Position numbers and translations under genes: made by a program. Positions 38,166 through 47,317 of a stretch of 64,000 nt of DNA are shown here, piece by piece. The stretch is taken from the NCBI GenBank assembly GCA_032128875.1, contig JAVLKG010000007.1:298496-362495 (forward strand). Direction: 5' to 3'. The stretch comes from Candidatus Melainabacteria bacterium 17Bon1m. GTDB taxonomy: Bacteria; Cyanobacteriota; Vampirovibrionia; Obscuribacterales; Obscuribacteraceae. The notes under the pieces were generated by a model. The model was not told the origin of the DNA. It saw nothing but the letters and a program-made list of their open reading frames with translations, and did no database searches. The first letter of the stretch is position 1; every line of letters starts with the position of its first letter.

Positions 38166-39023
38166 ATGATGACAGGCTTACGAAAGTCACAGTACGGACC
38201 GAGGCGCGCAAATCACGTGCAACCCTTATGGCGCCGATGTTTTCGCGTCTTCGCGCTAGTCTTCGCAACGTCGCTGTTTGGTTGTTTGCATTCGGCTACA
38301 GCGGCAGACACCCCTCCGACGCCGTCGCCAAAGAGCAATGCTCCCGAGGCAGCTATTAAAAATGCTTGGAAGCTCGACCAGCGCTCTCGCGTTTTGGGAG
38401 ATGTAACTATCTTCATTTGCCCCACGGGGATAAAGGCAGTTAACCGCAAGGATAAGCTAACTGTTGTTTGCGCCGCTCCCTATGCGGAAGTTGTAACTTA
38501 CAGCTTACGAACCGGAAAAATCTGCAAGCAGACTTTTGCGCGTTCGGATAATCCGTATGCTAAAGCTGTAGCCATGTTTAGTGGTATTGCCCATGCGCAG
38601 GTTCCGGTAGTGAAAACGCGAACGTATCAAAAGGGCGGTCTCACGTGGAGCGACTTCAAGATAACCGAGGAGTACAAAAAACAGCGTCAGGCTATGTGGA
38701 AAAAACATGAGGTAACTGGCTCGGAACCTGCTTACGGCAACCTTGTCGTATTTTCGTTGCCGATGGATAAGCGTGCAATTGATTGGCTGGCTCGTTTGTA
38801 TTGCGTTCCGAAGACCGGGATGATCCCGTTTGACGTGACTTTCTGGGATGTCGACAACGAAGTTCACTCCTTGGTGAAAACGTTCAGCATGGTTTCCACC
38901 AGGCTTACGGCATCTGACTTCAAAATCCCCGGTGGACTGCATCCCGTGAAGGATCCGCGTTCTGTCATTCAGGATGAAACAGCAAACGATGCTATCGAAA
39001 TGATGATGGGCGGCTCCAAATGA
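38166..39023 (+). CDS. Secreted hypothetical protein, paralog of 61568-62380
   Basis: Signal peptide; W.L.Q..G..TI...P motif shared; start uncertain. Confidence 0.7.
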   Translation: MMTGLRKSQYGPRRANHVQPLWRRCFRVFALVFATSLFGCLHSATAADTPPTPSPKSNAPEAAIKNAWKLDQRSRVLGDVTIFICPTGIKAVNRKDKLTVVCAAPYAEVVTYSLRTGKICKQTFARSDNPYAKAVAMFSGIAHAQVPVVKTRTYQKGGLTWSDFKITEEYKKQRQAMWKKHEVTGSEPAYGNLVVFSLPMDKRAIDWLARLYCVPKTGMIPFDVTFWDVDNEVHSLVKTFSMVSTRLTASDFKIPGGLHPVKDPRSVIQDETANDAIEMMMGGSK

Positions 39024-39216
39024 CCGGGCGCTTGCGCTAGATGGCTCAGGCTGCGCCAGTGGCTGTTTTGCCGTCTACTGACGTCAACTGCGCTAGGTTT
39101 TTGGCTCAGAGCCGGTGAATTATGACTCATGACAACATGAAATGATGTCAATGGTTCTATAAACCCTTGCTAAGAGCTGGAGATCTCTTTGTGGCCTGCG
39201 TTCATGAGATTAGGAT

Positions 39217-39537
39217 TTGACCCTCCTCTTTGCTACCGTGGGTTATATCTTCTCTTCTCGCAATCAAGGCGCAAACAACACAAAGTGTAGTTCTCAGACA
39301 GTTTCCGGTTAATCAAATGCCCGCATCGTGCGAGCAGCCGGAGCCCGTTTGTTTTGCGCCGTAAGGGACCTTAGCAAGACGTTAGGAAACGTCTATGGGA
39401 GTCGTTCGTAGCTCAGGAAAGTTTGATCCCTAGCACTTCGTCAAATCCCGCTTTCTTCCCTTTCTCTAATAAGAAAGCCTGCCTCAAACCGGCGCTTCAC
39501 CGCACCGTAAGACTGCAGGCTGCAAGGAGTTTCTAAA
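39217..39537 (+). promoter_or_regulatory. Promoter-like motif and long structured 5' leader
   Basis: TTGACC-N17-GGGTTATATCT; long-range stem ggcgcaaacaa/ttgttttgcgcc (39268-39360); agacgtt/aacgtct hairpin; AAGGAG RBS. Confidence 0.55.
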
Positions 39538-41055
39538 ATGAAACGAGAAAGGCAAAAGCGTTCGGCTAGCCCCAGCCAGCGTATCAAAATGCACATCTTG
39601 GGGTCGGCTGGAGATGTCTCCGGCTCGCTGTTCTACTTCGAGTACTCGCCGCCTGAAGGCAAAGTCATTCGCTTCCTGCTGGAAGTGGGCTTGCACCAGG
39701 AGCACGAGGAAATCAATCGCCAGAAGCGCCTTCCCAAGGGCGTCGACGCGAAGGACATCAACTTCGTCATCATCAGCCACGCGCACATCGACCACTCCGG
39801 TTGGTTGCCCGCGCTGGTGAAAGACGGCTTCCGCGGCGCGGTGTACACGCACCCTGCCACGAAGGACCTCCTGGACTTCTTGCTGCTCGACTCTGGTCGT
39901 CTGCAGGAGAATGCGGCTGACCGCGTCAACCGCTTCATCGCTCGCCGCCAGAAGAAGGCACAGGCAAGCGGCAAGAAGAGCCGGCGCATTCCGATGAGCG
40001 TGCCGTTGTACACACCGGAAGATGTTCCGCTGTGCTTCCCGCTCTTCAAGTCCATCAACTACAACCAGCTCTACAACATCGCCGACGGCATCCAGCTGCG
40101 CTTCACCGAAGCCGGCCACATCCTCGGCGCCGCTGTTGTGACCCTGACCATTGGCAAAGGTGACGAGGCGAAGACCGTGTGCTTCACGGGCAACGTCGGT
40201 CGCGCTGCTCCGCCGATGCTCAAGCCGCTCGTGCCGGTCAAACACGCTGACTACGTGATCACGGAGTCGACGTACGGCAACAAGCTGCATCAGAAGCGCG
40301 ACCGCCTGTCGACGCTCGCTGAGTACATCAACAACGCTTACGCACGCGCCAAGCAGAAAGATCGCGCCACCGGCTGTGGTGTCATCGTCATTCCTGCTTT
40401 CGCTGTGGACCGCGTACCGACTGTGCTGCATGACGTGCAAACGCTGGCAGCGCAGGGTCGTATTCCCAACCTGGCTACTTACCTGGACAGCCGCATGGCT
40501 ATCGCCGGCGCCGCTGTCTACCGGAAGTATCCGGCGCTGTTCCAGGATGACGTTCGCCAGCAGCTCGAGAAGGGTCTCGACCCGTTTGCTCCGGCGCGTT
40601 ACCTCGAGTGCGTCAAACCGGAACAGACCAACGCTCTGTACGAAAACCAGAGCGAGCCGATCATCATCGTCGGTTCTTCCGGCATGGCTGCCGGCGGCAA
40701 GATTCTTCGCCACCTGGAGAAGCGTCTGACGCAGAAGAACAGCACGGTGATCTTCGTCGGCTACCAGGGCACTGGTGCTCTCGGCTACGACCTCGTCAAT
40801 AAGAAGCCGAAGCAGGTCCGTGTGCACGGGAAAGTCATTCCTGTGCGCGCCACCATCGAGTACATGTCCGACTACTCCGGACACGCCGACTACGAGGAAA
40901 TCATCGGTTGGCTGCGCCACTTCGAGAACAAGCCGCGTAAGACGTTCCTGGTTCACGGGGACGGCGGTGCGCTCGAGGCCTTCAAGGGTCACATCGAAAA
41001 GGCGCTCGGTTGGTCGGTTGTCGTGCCTCAGCGCCGGCAATGCTTCGAGCTCTAA
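39538..41055 (+). CDS. MBL-fold beta-CASP RNA-processing hydrolase (YSH1-like)
   Basis: SHAHIDHSG, AGHILG, ESTYG, SSGMAAGG, VGYQ, SGHAD, FLVHG. Confidence 0.9.
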   Translation: MKRERQKRSASPSQRIKMHILGSAGDVSGSLFYFEYSPPEGKVIRFLLEVGLHQEHEEINRQKRLPKGVDAKDINFVIISHAHIDHSGWLPALVKDGFRGAVYTHPATKDLLDFLLLDSGRLQENAADRVNRFIARRQKKAQASGKKSRRIPMSVPLYTPEDVPLCFPLFKSINYNQLYNIADGIQLRFTEAGHILGAAVVTLTIGKGDEAKTVCFTGNVGRAAPPMLKPLVPVKHADYVITESTYGNKLHQKRDRLSTLAEYINNAYARAKQKDRATGCGVIVIPAFAVDRVPTVLHDVQTLAAQGRIPNLATYLDSRMAIAGAAVYRKYPALFQDDVRQQLEKGLDPFAPARYLECVKPEQTNALYENQSEPIIIVGSSGMAAGGKILRHLEKRLTQKNSTVIFVGYQGTGALGYDLVNKKPKQVRVHGKVIPVRATIEYMSDYSGHADYEEIIGWLRHFENKPRKTFLVHGDGGALEAFKGHIEKALGWSVVVPQRRQCFEL

Positions 41056-41178
41056 GCTCGTAGTCGAACTCAAGCTCGGCATCGAACACTGAACACCAGG
41101 CAGCAAGCCTCCGGAGAACAGGCTCTACCTGAGCGGCAGAGCTTGTGATCCGGCGGTCGCTGTCGAAGGAGATTTAGT

Positions 41179-41586
41179 ATGCCCAAAATCATTCTCGTCC
41201 ACCTGGCATTCTTCGCCGCGCTCTTCGCGCTGGTGTTGCCGGGTTTGAACAACCTCACAGAAGCGGTTGGTTTCGGCGGCGGCATTCTTGCTGTCGCAGT
41301 CATGACCGTGCTGGCAGAGGTGGTGGTTATTGCCAGTGGCGTGCTCGGTCGCATCGTCGGCGACGCGCTCGGTATCAACCCCTTGCTCCAGCGCAAAAAG
41401 GCGGAGACCCTGTCGGCGAGCATCATGACGGTGCTCTTCGCCGGCTTCCTGTGGGCGAGTTCGGCAATCTTCCCGTCCGTCATCACCGTGACGTTTGTTT
41501 CGTCATTGCTGGTGTCGGTCGTGGCTGTCGTCGTTCTCTTCATCGCGGTCTACGTCAAACGCGCCATCATCGCCAGCCGACCCTGA
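41179..41586 (+). CDS. Four-TM small membrane protein
   Basis: Four hydrophobic segments; AAGGAG RBS. Confidence 0.75.
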   Translation: MPKIILVHLAFFAALFALVLPGLNNLTEAVGFGGGILAVAVMTVLAEVVVIASGVLGRIVGDALGINPLLQRKKAETLSASIMTVLFAGFLWASSAIFPSVITVTFVSSLLVSVVAVVVLFIAVYVKRAIIASRP

Positions 41587-41700
41587 GGCTGGTCGCAGGC
41601 CATGGCCTTTTCTGTTGAGCACCGAAAGGAGCTCAACGGAAACGGCTTATAGCGCAAGCTTATGGCCGTTCTTTCCTGTCCACCAGAAAAGGAACACTCG

Positions 41701-42396
41701 ATGAACAAATGGTGGAGAAAACTCTTGCCCGGTGGTGAGCGCCTCGCTCTTCCTCCGCGGCGAGTCACGCAGTGGTTTTGGGTGGTCATCGCCATCCTGT
41801 CGCTGCCGTTCATGATTCTCGACACTGCCAGCCTGTACGACACCGCCATCGCACAAGGTGCGACTTTCGGCGATGCAGCACTGCGCGCGCTCGTCGGGTT
41901 CTTCGCTATTGGGCTCGCATACGGGATGATGGGAGGAATGCTCTTCTTCCTGGTCTGCCTATTCACTTCGGTAGTGATACCGGATGTGGTGTCGGGAGTC
42001 CGAGCCGTCAACAATGCCGCCCGTCGCACACCCGCTGCCTGGCAGCGGTTTCGCGAAAACGCTTCTCGCGCCACGTCGAGAGTGCGTCAAAGGACGGTTT
42101 CGTTCTTGCGCTTCCTGTCCGGAATTCCGGTCAAGGTTCGCGCAATGACCGCGCGCGATTGGCTGTTCACGCTCTACTGCGTGCTCGCCGTCGCTATCCT
42201 CGCCGGTATGCTCTGGTTCGCCTGGGGCTGGGCAGGCGTGGTCGTTTCGTGGCTGCCCGATTGGCTTTTCGACGACCGGCGCTGGTTCCTCCAGGCTATC
42301 GTCGACTGGTTCATCTGCATGATTCCATGGACGTTGGCGCTCTCCGTGCTGAACGCTGTGTTTAAGGCGTTCATCAGGCGGGGAAGTAAGCGCTAA
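41701..42396 (+). CDS. Four-TM membrane protein with Arg-rich loop
   Basis: AAGGA RBS; TM pairs flank ARRTPAAWQRFRENASRATSRVRQR. Confidence 0.7.
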   Translation: MNKWWRKLLPGGERLALPPRRVTQWFWVVIAILSLPFMILDTASLYDTAIAQGATFGDAALRALVGFFAIGLAYGMMGGMLFFLVCLFTSVVIPDVVSGVRAVNNAARRTPAAWQRFRENASRATSRVRQRTVSFLRFLSGIPVKVRAMTARDWLFTLYCVLAVAILAGMLWFAWGWAGVVVSWLPDWLFDDRRWFLQAIVDWFICMIPWTLALSVLNAVFKAFIRRGSKR

Positions 42397-42460
42397 CGCA
42401 GGTCCTTCACCACTTACGCTGTGGGCGGCTCAGCTGCCCATGGCACAAGGAAAAACTGAT

Positions 42461-43054
42461 ATGAGTCACGAGAAAAAGACTTGTTCTTGTCACGGCGCCG
42501 CCGGTCAGCCTGCTGCGAACGCAACGGGCTCCATCTCTCTCAGCACCCCGCGACCCAAGGTCACGCTGCCGAAGATGATCAAGGTCGCTAAGGCTGACGA
42601 GGCTCTCTATCGCCAGGTCATCGAAGCCGCCAAGCGGGCGAGCGAAGATGCCTACTGTCCGTACTCCCAGTACAACGTCGGTGCTGCGGTGCTGACGTTC
42701 GACGGTGAGATTCACGCTGGTTTCAACGTGGAGAACTGCGGTTACTCGCAGACCATTCACGCCGAGGAATCCGCACTCACCCGCGCTCTCGGCAGCGGTT
42801 TGCTCCGTCGCGCGGCCACCCAGGGCGTCGATCAGTTCCATGCCATCAAGGCTGTCGCGGTCTACGCGCCCAAGGGTTCCGACCCGTGGCCCTGCTGCAA
42901 CTGCCGCCAGTTCCTGGGTGAGTTCGGTTACGACATGCACATCATCGGCGAAGAGCCGAAGAGTGGTCGTATCCTTTGCCTGACGCTCGGGCAGCTCGTT
43001 CCGTTCGCCTTCCCAATCGAGGAAGTGCTTCGCAGCGTGCGCGGCGAGCGCTAA
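42461..43054 (+). CDS. cdd: Cytidine deaminase with N-terminal extension
   Basis: AYCPYS..VGAA, GFNVEN, HAE, PCCNCRQ, LVPFAF. Confidence 0.9.
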   Translation: MSHEKKTCSCHGAAGQPAANATGSISLSTPRPKVTLPKMIKVAKADEALYRQVIEAAKRASEDAYCPYSQYNVGAAVLTFDGEIHAGFNVENCGYSQTIHAEESALTRALGSGLLRRAATQGVDQFHAIKAVAVYAPKGSDPWPCCNCRQFLGEFGYDMHIIGEEPKSGRILCLTLGQLVPFAFPIEEVLRSVRGER

Positions 43055-43160
43055 AACGCTCACCGACGACCATGCACAAGTGGAGGCCGGGGTCTAATCA
43101 CCCCGCGCCTCTGCTTGTGTTATGGGCGTCTTCGAATATCGCGAACTTAGAGGACGCACT

Positions 43161-43700
43161 ATGTTGGCTCTGCATGTAGCTATCAGCCTGGTGTTCGTGT
43201 ACCTGCTCTTCTCGCTTGACGAATACGTCACGCATCGCTACCTCATGCATCGCATGAAGTTTGCGAACTGGCTGAAAAGCAAGTTCCTGAGAAGGCTGTG
43301 CACGAATCACATGTCGCTGCATCACAAGCGCGGTTATCGACACACTGATGACGAGCCGGACGATTCTCTGGCCGACATCATGATCGCCGCTGCTATCGTC
43401 GGGCTGCCGACAGCTCCCATCGTCTGGTACATCGATCCGATCACGATCTATGTGGCAGGCGTGTTTTCTGTCGTCTACAGCGTAGTTTGGTGGCTGGTGC
43501 ATCTCGAGATGCATCGCAACAAGGGGTGGTTCTATGCGAAAAACCCTGTGTTTCGATACCTCGAACGGCGCCATCAGCAGCACCATCTCTACCCCGACAC
43601 TCAGTACAACATTCTTCTGCCGTTCTGGGACTGGGTCTTCCGCACTCATCGCGTGAAGGAAGCACGTCAGAACCGACGTCAGCGCGCTGCGGCATTCTAA
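43161..43700 (+). CDS. Fatty acid hydroxylase/sterol desaturase superfamily membrane enzyme
   Basis: His boxes EYVTHRYLMH, HMSLHH, VHLEMH, HQQHH; PFWDWVFRT. Confidence 0.85.
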   Translation: MLALHVAISLVFVYLLFSLDEYVTHRYLMHRMKFANWLKSKFLRRLCTNHMSLHHKRGYRHTDDEPDDSLADIMIAAAIVGLPTAPIVWYIDPITIYVAGVFSVVYSVVWWLVHLEMHRNKGWFYAKNPVFRYLERRHQQHHLYPDTQYNILLPFWDWVFRTHRVKEARQNRRQRAAAF

Positions 43701-44114
43701 GCCGTAGCTCGAAGTAGCGTAAAAGCACGACAAGCGTAAAAGCGTGACGAAGCGACCGATGCGTGTGATGAGGACTATTTCCGCAAGGATTGAGTCCTCT
43801 AAACACACATCCGCGCCGCTTCGCTTTCTAATCTGTGCAACTATAACAACTAGTAATAATACTGGATGCTCGGATCTGCCGCAGCAATAGCAAATCAGCT
43901 TTTCCGCTTTCGTCAGACCGCATGTTTTCGCTACGGTCAATTATCGGGGCTGTGTAAGTTTGTCTCTATATGTCTTAAATATCGCCTGGCGTGTGCTTGC
44001 ATTTTCGGCGTTTGAGGCAGAATATAATGCCTAGATGGCAGGCACTCTGCTCGGAAATCCCCCTTGAACAATTCTGTAGATCTTCCTCTCACAAATTCAC
44101 CGTTGCTTTTGGCG

Positions 44115-45161
44115 ATGAATTCTCCTGTTCTGCATGAGTTCATAGCCTATCTCGCGCAGAAGAAGAATGAGCAAGAAGCCAATCCCGACCAGCATCTGAC
44201 GATCGAGCTGTCGCGGGAGTTCATCGGCAAAGTTCGTGAGGCCTTCAAACAAGACATTCTTGACGGCGAGCGCCGTCTGCATTTGCTGGCGCATCTTCTT
44301 GCATCAATCATGTTGGAAGGCGAATTCGAGCTGCATAGCAATGTCATTGGTTATTTGCCGGGCGAGGAGAATCGCCAGTTTTTAATTCGCGAAAGGATTA
44401 ATCGCGAAACTCTCTATTCGGTGACCGACATCGATCTCGGCAATCACATGCTGGACAATTTTCGCTACCAACGCGATCGCTCGTGGGTGCCGCTGGCGCT
44501 TGCTGCTAACTTCGTTGAGTACATTCCGCTGCATCGTCCGATTACCGGTGTTAACCGTTTAACCAGCCGGGTCAAGGCTGAAGAAGAGCTCTCCAACAAA
44601 GTTGCCGATGAAATCTTCGCCCTCGATGAATTGGTTGCGCGCGACAAACAATTGCGTCAGTACAGCAAATTTGTCAAAGATATTTTTGGCATCAAAATAG
44701 TTTGCGAAGATGACGTCACATGTATGGCTGTGCATGAGACGTTGAAGAACCTCTTGGTAGGCGACATTAATGCGACACTCGCAGGCATGTTGGAAGAAGT
44801 CGGACTACCTGTGAATGAAGACAGTTCGCATCCGCTTTTAGCGTTTATCGAGACGAAAGACTATCTGACTTGCGATCCCAGTAAGATGAAACGCACGGGC
44901 TGGCGCGCCATTAAGAGCGTTGTTGAATGGAACGATTGTTTGTTCGAAATTCAAATTCAGCCTCTGGCAAATTATTATTTAGAACTCGATCACATGGCGG
45001 GGCCGTCGCACCGCTCATTCAAGTTTACCCGTGATACTTTGCGAGACGAAGTGGCTAAGCGCATTCCGTTGTACGGCTTGTATCGCGAATTGCTGACGAT
45101 GCTCTTCAAAGAGTCAAACGCGCCGATCGAATCTAAGAACGTTTCGGTGATCATTAAGTAG
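44115..45161 (+). CDS. Divergent RelA/SpoT synthetase-fold nucleotidyltransferase
   Basis: SRVK..ELSNK, KDIFGIKIV, KDY..K.TGW, FEIQIQ, SHRSFK; start could be 44064. Confidence 0.7.
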   Translation: MNSPVLHEFIAYLAQKKNEQEANPDQHLTIELSREFIGKVREAFKQDILDGERRLHLLAHLLASIMLEGEFELHSNVIGYLPGEENRQFLIRERINRETLYSVTDIDLGNHMLDNFRYQRDRSWVPLALAANFVEYIPLHRPITGVNRLTSRVKAEEELSNKVADEIFALDELVARDKQLRQYSKFVKDIFGIKIVCEDDVTCMAVHETLKNLLVGDINATLAGMLEEVGLPVNEDSSHPLLAFIETKDYLTCDPSKMKRTGWRAIKSVVEWNDCLFEIQIQPLANYYLELDHMAGPSHRSFKFTRDTLRDEVAKRIPLYGLYRELLTMLFKESNAPIESKNVSVIIK

Positions 45162-45389
45162 TCTCGATTGCGAAAGCCTTTTGTTCTTGACTTAGCACGA
45201 TTCCAGATTTAAGCTTTCCAAGCGCAAATTCCACAACTTTTCCACGAAATTTTGTCAGAGTTGATATGCGGGCAGTGTAAGCCTGCATGTCCGTCTCCCA
45301 AGCAAAATACGCATCAATACGGCGTTCGCGCGCTTGCGTTGTCCTGCGTATTTACAACAAAAACAAAATGCGCCTTCGCTGAGAAGTGA

Positions 45390-45935
45390 TTGGCTGATTT
45401 ATCGCGTAAGCGTAAATCGGTATCAGAAGAGCTTCTTTGTAGGTCAAGCTGCACGTATTTCTCGAAATGCTGCGCAAGTTTTGTGCTGCGAATTTTGGGT
45501 TGCGAGTATCGCGCCGTTGTTTCGCTGCGCCATATTTCGCTGCGCCAATGTGCGCACCCCGACTGGATTGCCATGTCTGAATTTCCCCATTTCGATAATG
45601 CAAAGCTTATGATTGCGGCAAGTGCTAGACATTGCCGAACCACCATTGAAGACTTGCCGGTTGGACAGATAGTTGTTGATGAAGCAGGAACTATCCAGTC
45701 GATTGATGTTTCCACTGAGATGGCATTGGGTTTTGAAAACATTCGTGGTATGAGGGTTTTGGAACTTTTGCTCGATGGCTATAACTGTTTTCCGCAGAAA
45801 CTCTCTCTTGCCACTATTGGTGATTTGGGCTCAAACAAGTTTTGCTCCCGCGAGGGCAAGGAGTTTTCCGCACGCATTGTCTGTGTGCCTGGCTCGCATC
45901 CCAAAACGTTTTTGCTGAGCATCGTTTTTGGATGA
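45390..45935 (+). CDS. Possible PAS-domain fragment or pseudogene
   Basis: IVVDEAGTIQ..LGF..GMRVLELL..REGKEFSARI; N-terminus unconvincing. Confidence 0.4.
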   Translation: MADLSRKRKSVSEELLCRSSCTYFSKCCASFVLRILGCEYRAVVSLRHISLRQCAHPDWIAMSEFPHFDNAKLMIAASARHCRTTIEDLPVGQIVVDEAGTIQSIDVSTEMALGFENIRGMRVLELLLDGYNCFPQKLSLATIGDLGSNKFCSREGKEFSARIVCVPGSHPKTFLLSIVFG

Positions 45936-46102
45936 GAAATTGCGCTGCAGGACGTGTCGGCGACCGGCATGATGTCCATGGGGGCGGACATGAGGTGGCT
46001 CACAACTCTGTCGAAGAGCTGGTTTATGGGTCTGCGTTGAAAGCGTCCCGAAGACTGCATTTTATTCCTGACGACGATGTCTGGAATCACATTTGGCCTT
46101 TG

Positions 46103-46263
46103 CTCCGAAAAACCGGAATTTTTCGGAGTGCCGATCTCTTGAATGTCCTATCTGGTAAGGGTTTTGAGGTTTTTGCTGCTCTCGAAATTGAAAGTGCTCA
46201 AAGCGCTCGCAGGGCGTAGGTTTTGGGCGATTGGCACTCCGAAAACCTGGGATTTTTCGTAGT
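46103..46263. repeat. Two copies of the ctccgaaaaa palindrome forming a MITE/REPIN-like unit
   Basis: ctccgaaaaaccggaatttttcggagtgccgatc ... gattggcactccgaaaacctgggatttttcg. Confidence 0.75.
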
Positions 46264-46407
46264 TACTGGTGTGGCGCAATTTTCACGGGCTCGGTTTTTT
46301 GTGATATGAAAGCGTATAGTAGCTATGGAGTGAGAGAGAAAAGCCTGAGAGCATGCGGCTCCCAGGCTTTTCGTCTTACTCGTTTGCTTCGTCAGCAAAA
46401 ATCGTTT

Positions 46408-47286
46408 TCATTGAATCAGTTCCATCACCACCGCGCCGAGCACGATGAGCGAGATACCGATTGCGCGAACGACATTGAGTTTTTCCTTCAGGAACGTGAG
46501 CGCGAAGACGTACATCACAAGCGGGTAGCCGGCGGTCATCGTAATCACGTATCCAGCGGTCGAATTGGTGAGCGCTAAGATATACGCGATATTACCCGCG
46601 GTGACACCTGCGGCTGAAAGCCAGGAGAATTTCCAGGCGCCGGGTGTGCGGAAAGCTGTTTGGTAGCCGTATTTCCTGAAGAAGATAAGGATTAAGACGA
46701 CCAGTGCAGTTTTCCAGCAGGCCTGCGCGAAGTACGTTTCGAACGGGCGGCCGAACTCAAGGGCGCGTTTTTCAAAGATGCCGAGCAATCCCCAGAGCAG
46801 TGTCGACAACACCACGCAGAAGATGAGCACGAGCTTGTCGTGCTTGGTCATCTTCTTTTGTTCTTCTCCACCTGACCAGCCAATCAGAGCCACGCCAACG
46901 CTGACGAGGGCTGCGGCTGCGACTGCGGAGATTTTGAACGGTTCGCCCGTGAGCGGAGTGGAGAGAAGTTGCCCGATTATCGGATAGCCGGCTGTGATGC
47001 CCAAAACCCAAGATGCCTGAGTTTTGCTCATCGCATAATAGTAGGCGAGAAACGCCACCATCGCCGCCACCGCATTCAGACCTTCCCACATGATGACGCC
47101 CGTGCCGATGTGCCAGTCCGGATAGATCCAGGGCATGGACACACCAAGCACGAGCGCGACCACTCCAAGAAAGAGGTGGAAGGTGACGAAAACCGCACGC
47201 GGCTCCGCCGATTCTACCGCCTTCTTGTCAAAGATGCCCGCCACGCCCCATGCCATGAGGGTTAGAGCGATCCAGGCTATTGTCAT
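46408..47286 (-). CDS. EamA/DMT family transporter
   Basis: Ten TM, WG..GIFDKKA, ITAGYP, internal duplication. Confidence 0.88.
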   Translation of the reverse strand: MTIAWIALTLMAWGVAGIFDKKAVESAEPRAVFVTFHLFLGVVALVLGVSMPWIYPDWHIGTGVIMWEGLNAVAAMVAFLAYYYAMSKTQASWVLGITAGYPIIGQLLSTPLTGEPFKISAVAAAALVSVGVALIGWSGGEEQKKMTKHDKLVLIFCVVLSTLLWGLLGIFEKRALEFGRPFETYFAQACWKTALVVLILIFFRKYGYQTAFRTPGAWKFSWLSAAGVTAGNIAYILALTNSTAGYVITMTAGYPLVMYVFALTFLKEKLNVVRAIGISLIVLGAVVMELIQ

Positions 47287-47317
47287 TCCAGGTTGTCCCT
47301 TCGGAAAGCGGGTGCGT

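Noticed and set aside
39484-41106. Long antisense or alternate-frame ORFs (540 aa here; also 7937-8950, 47961-49289, 50903-51835)
   Set aside because: Shadow ORFs expected from strong C/G-ending codon bias of the real genes; no motifs
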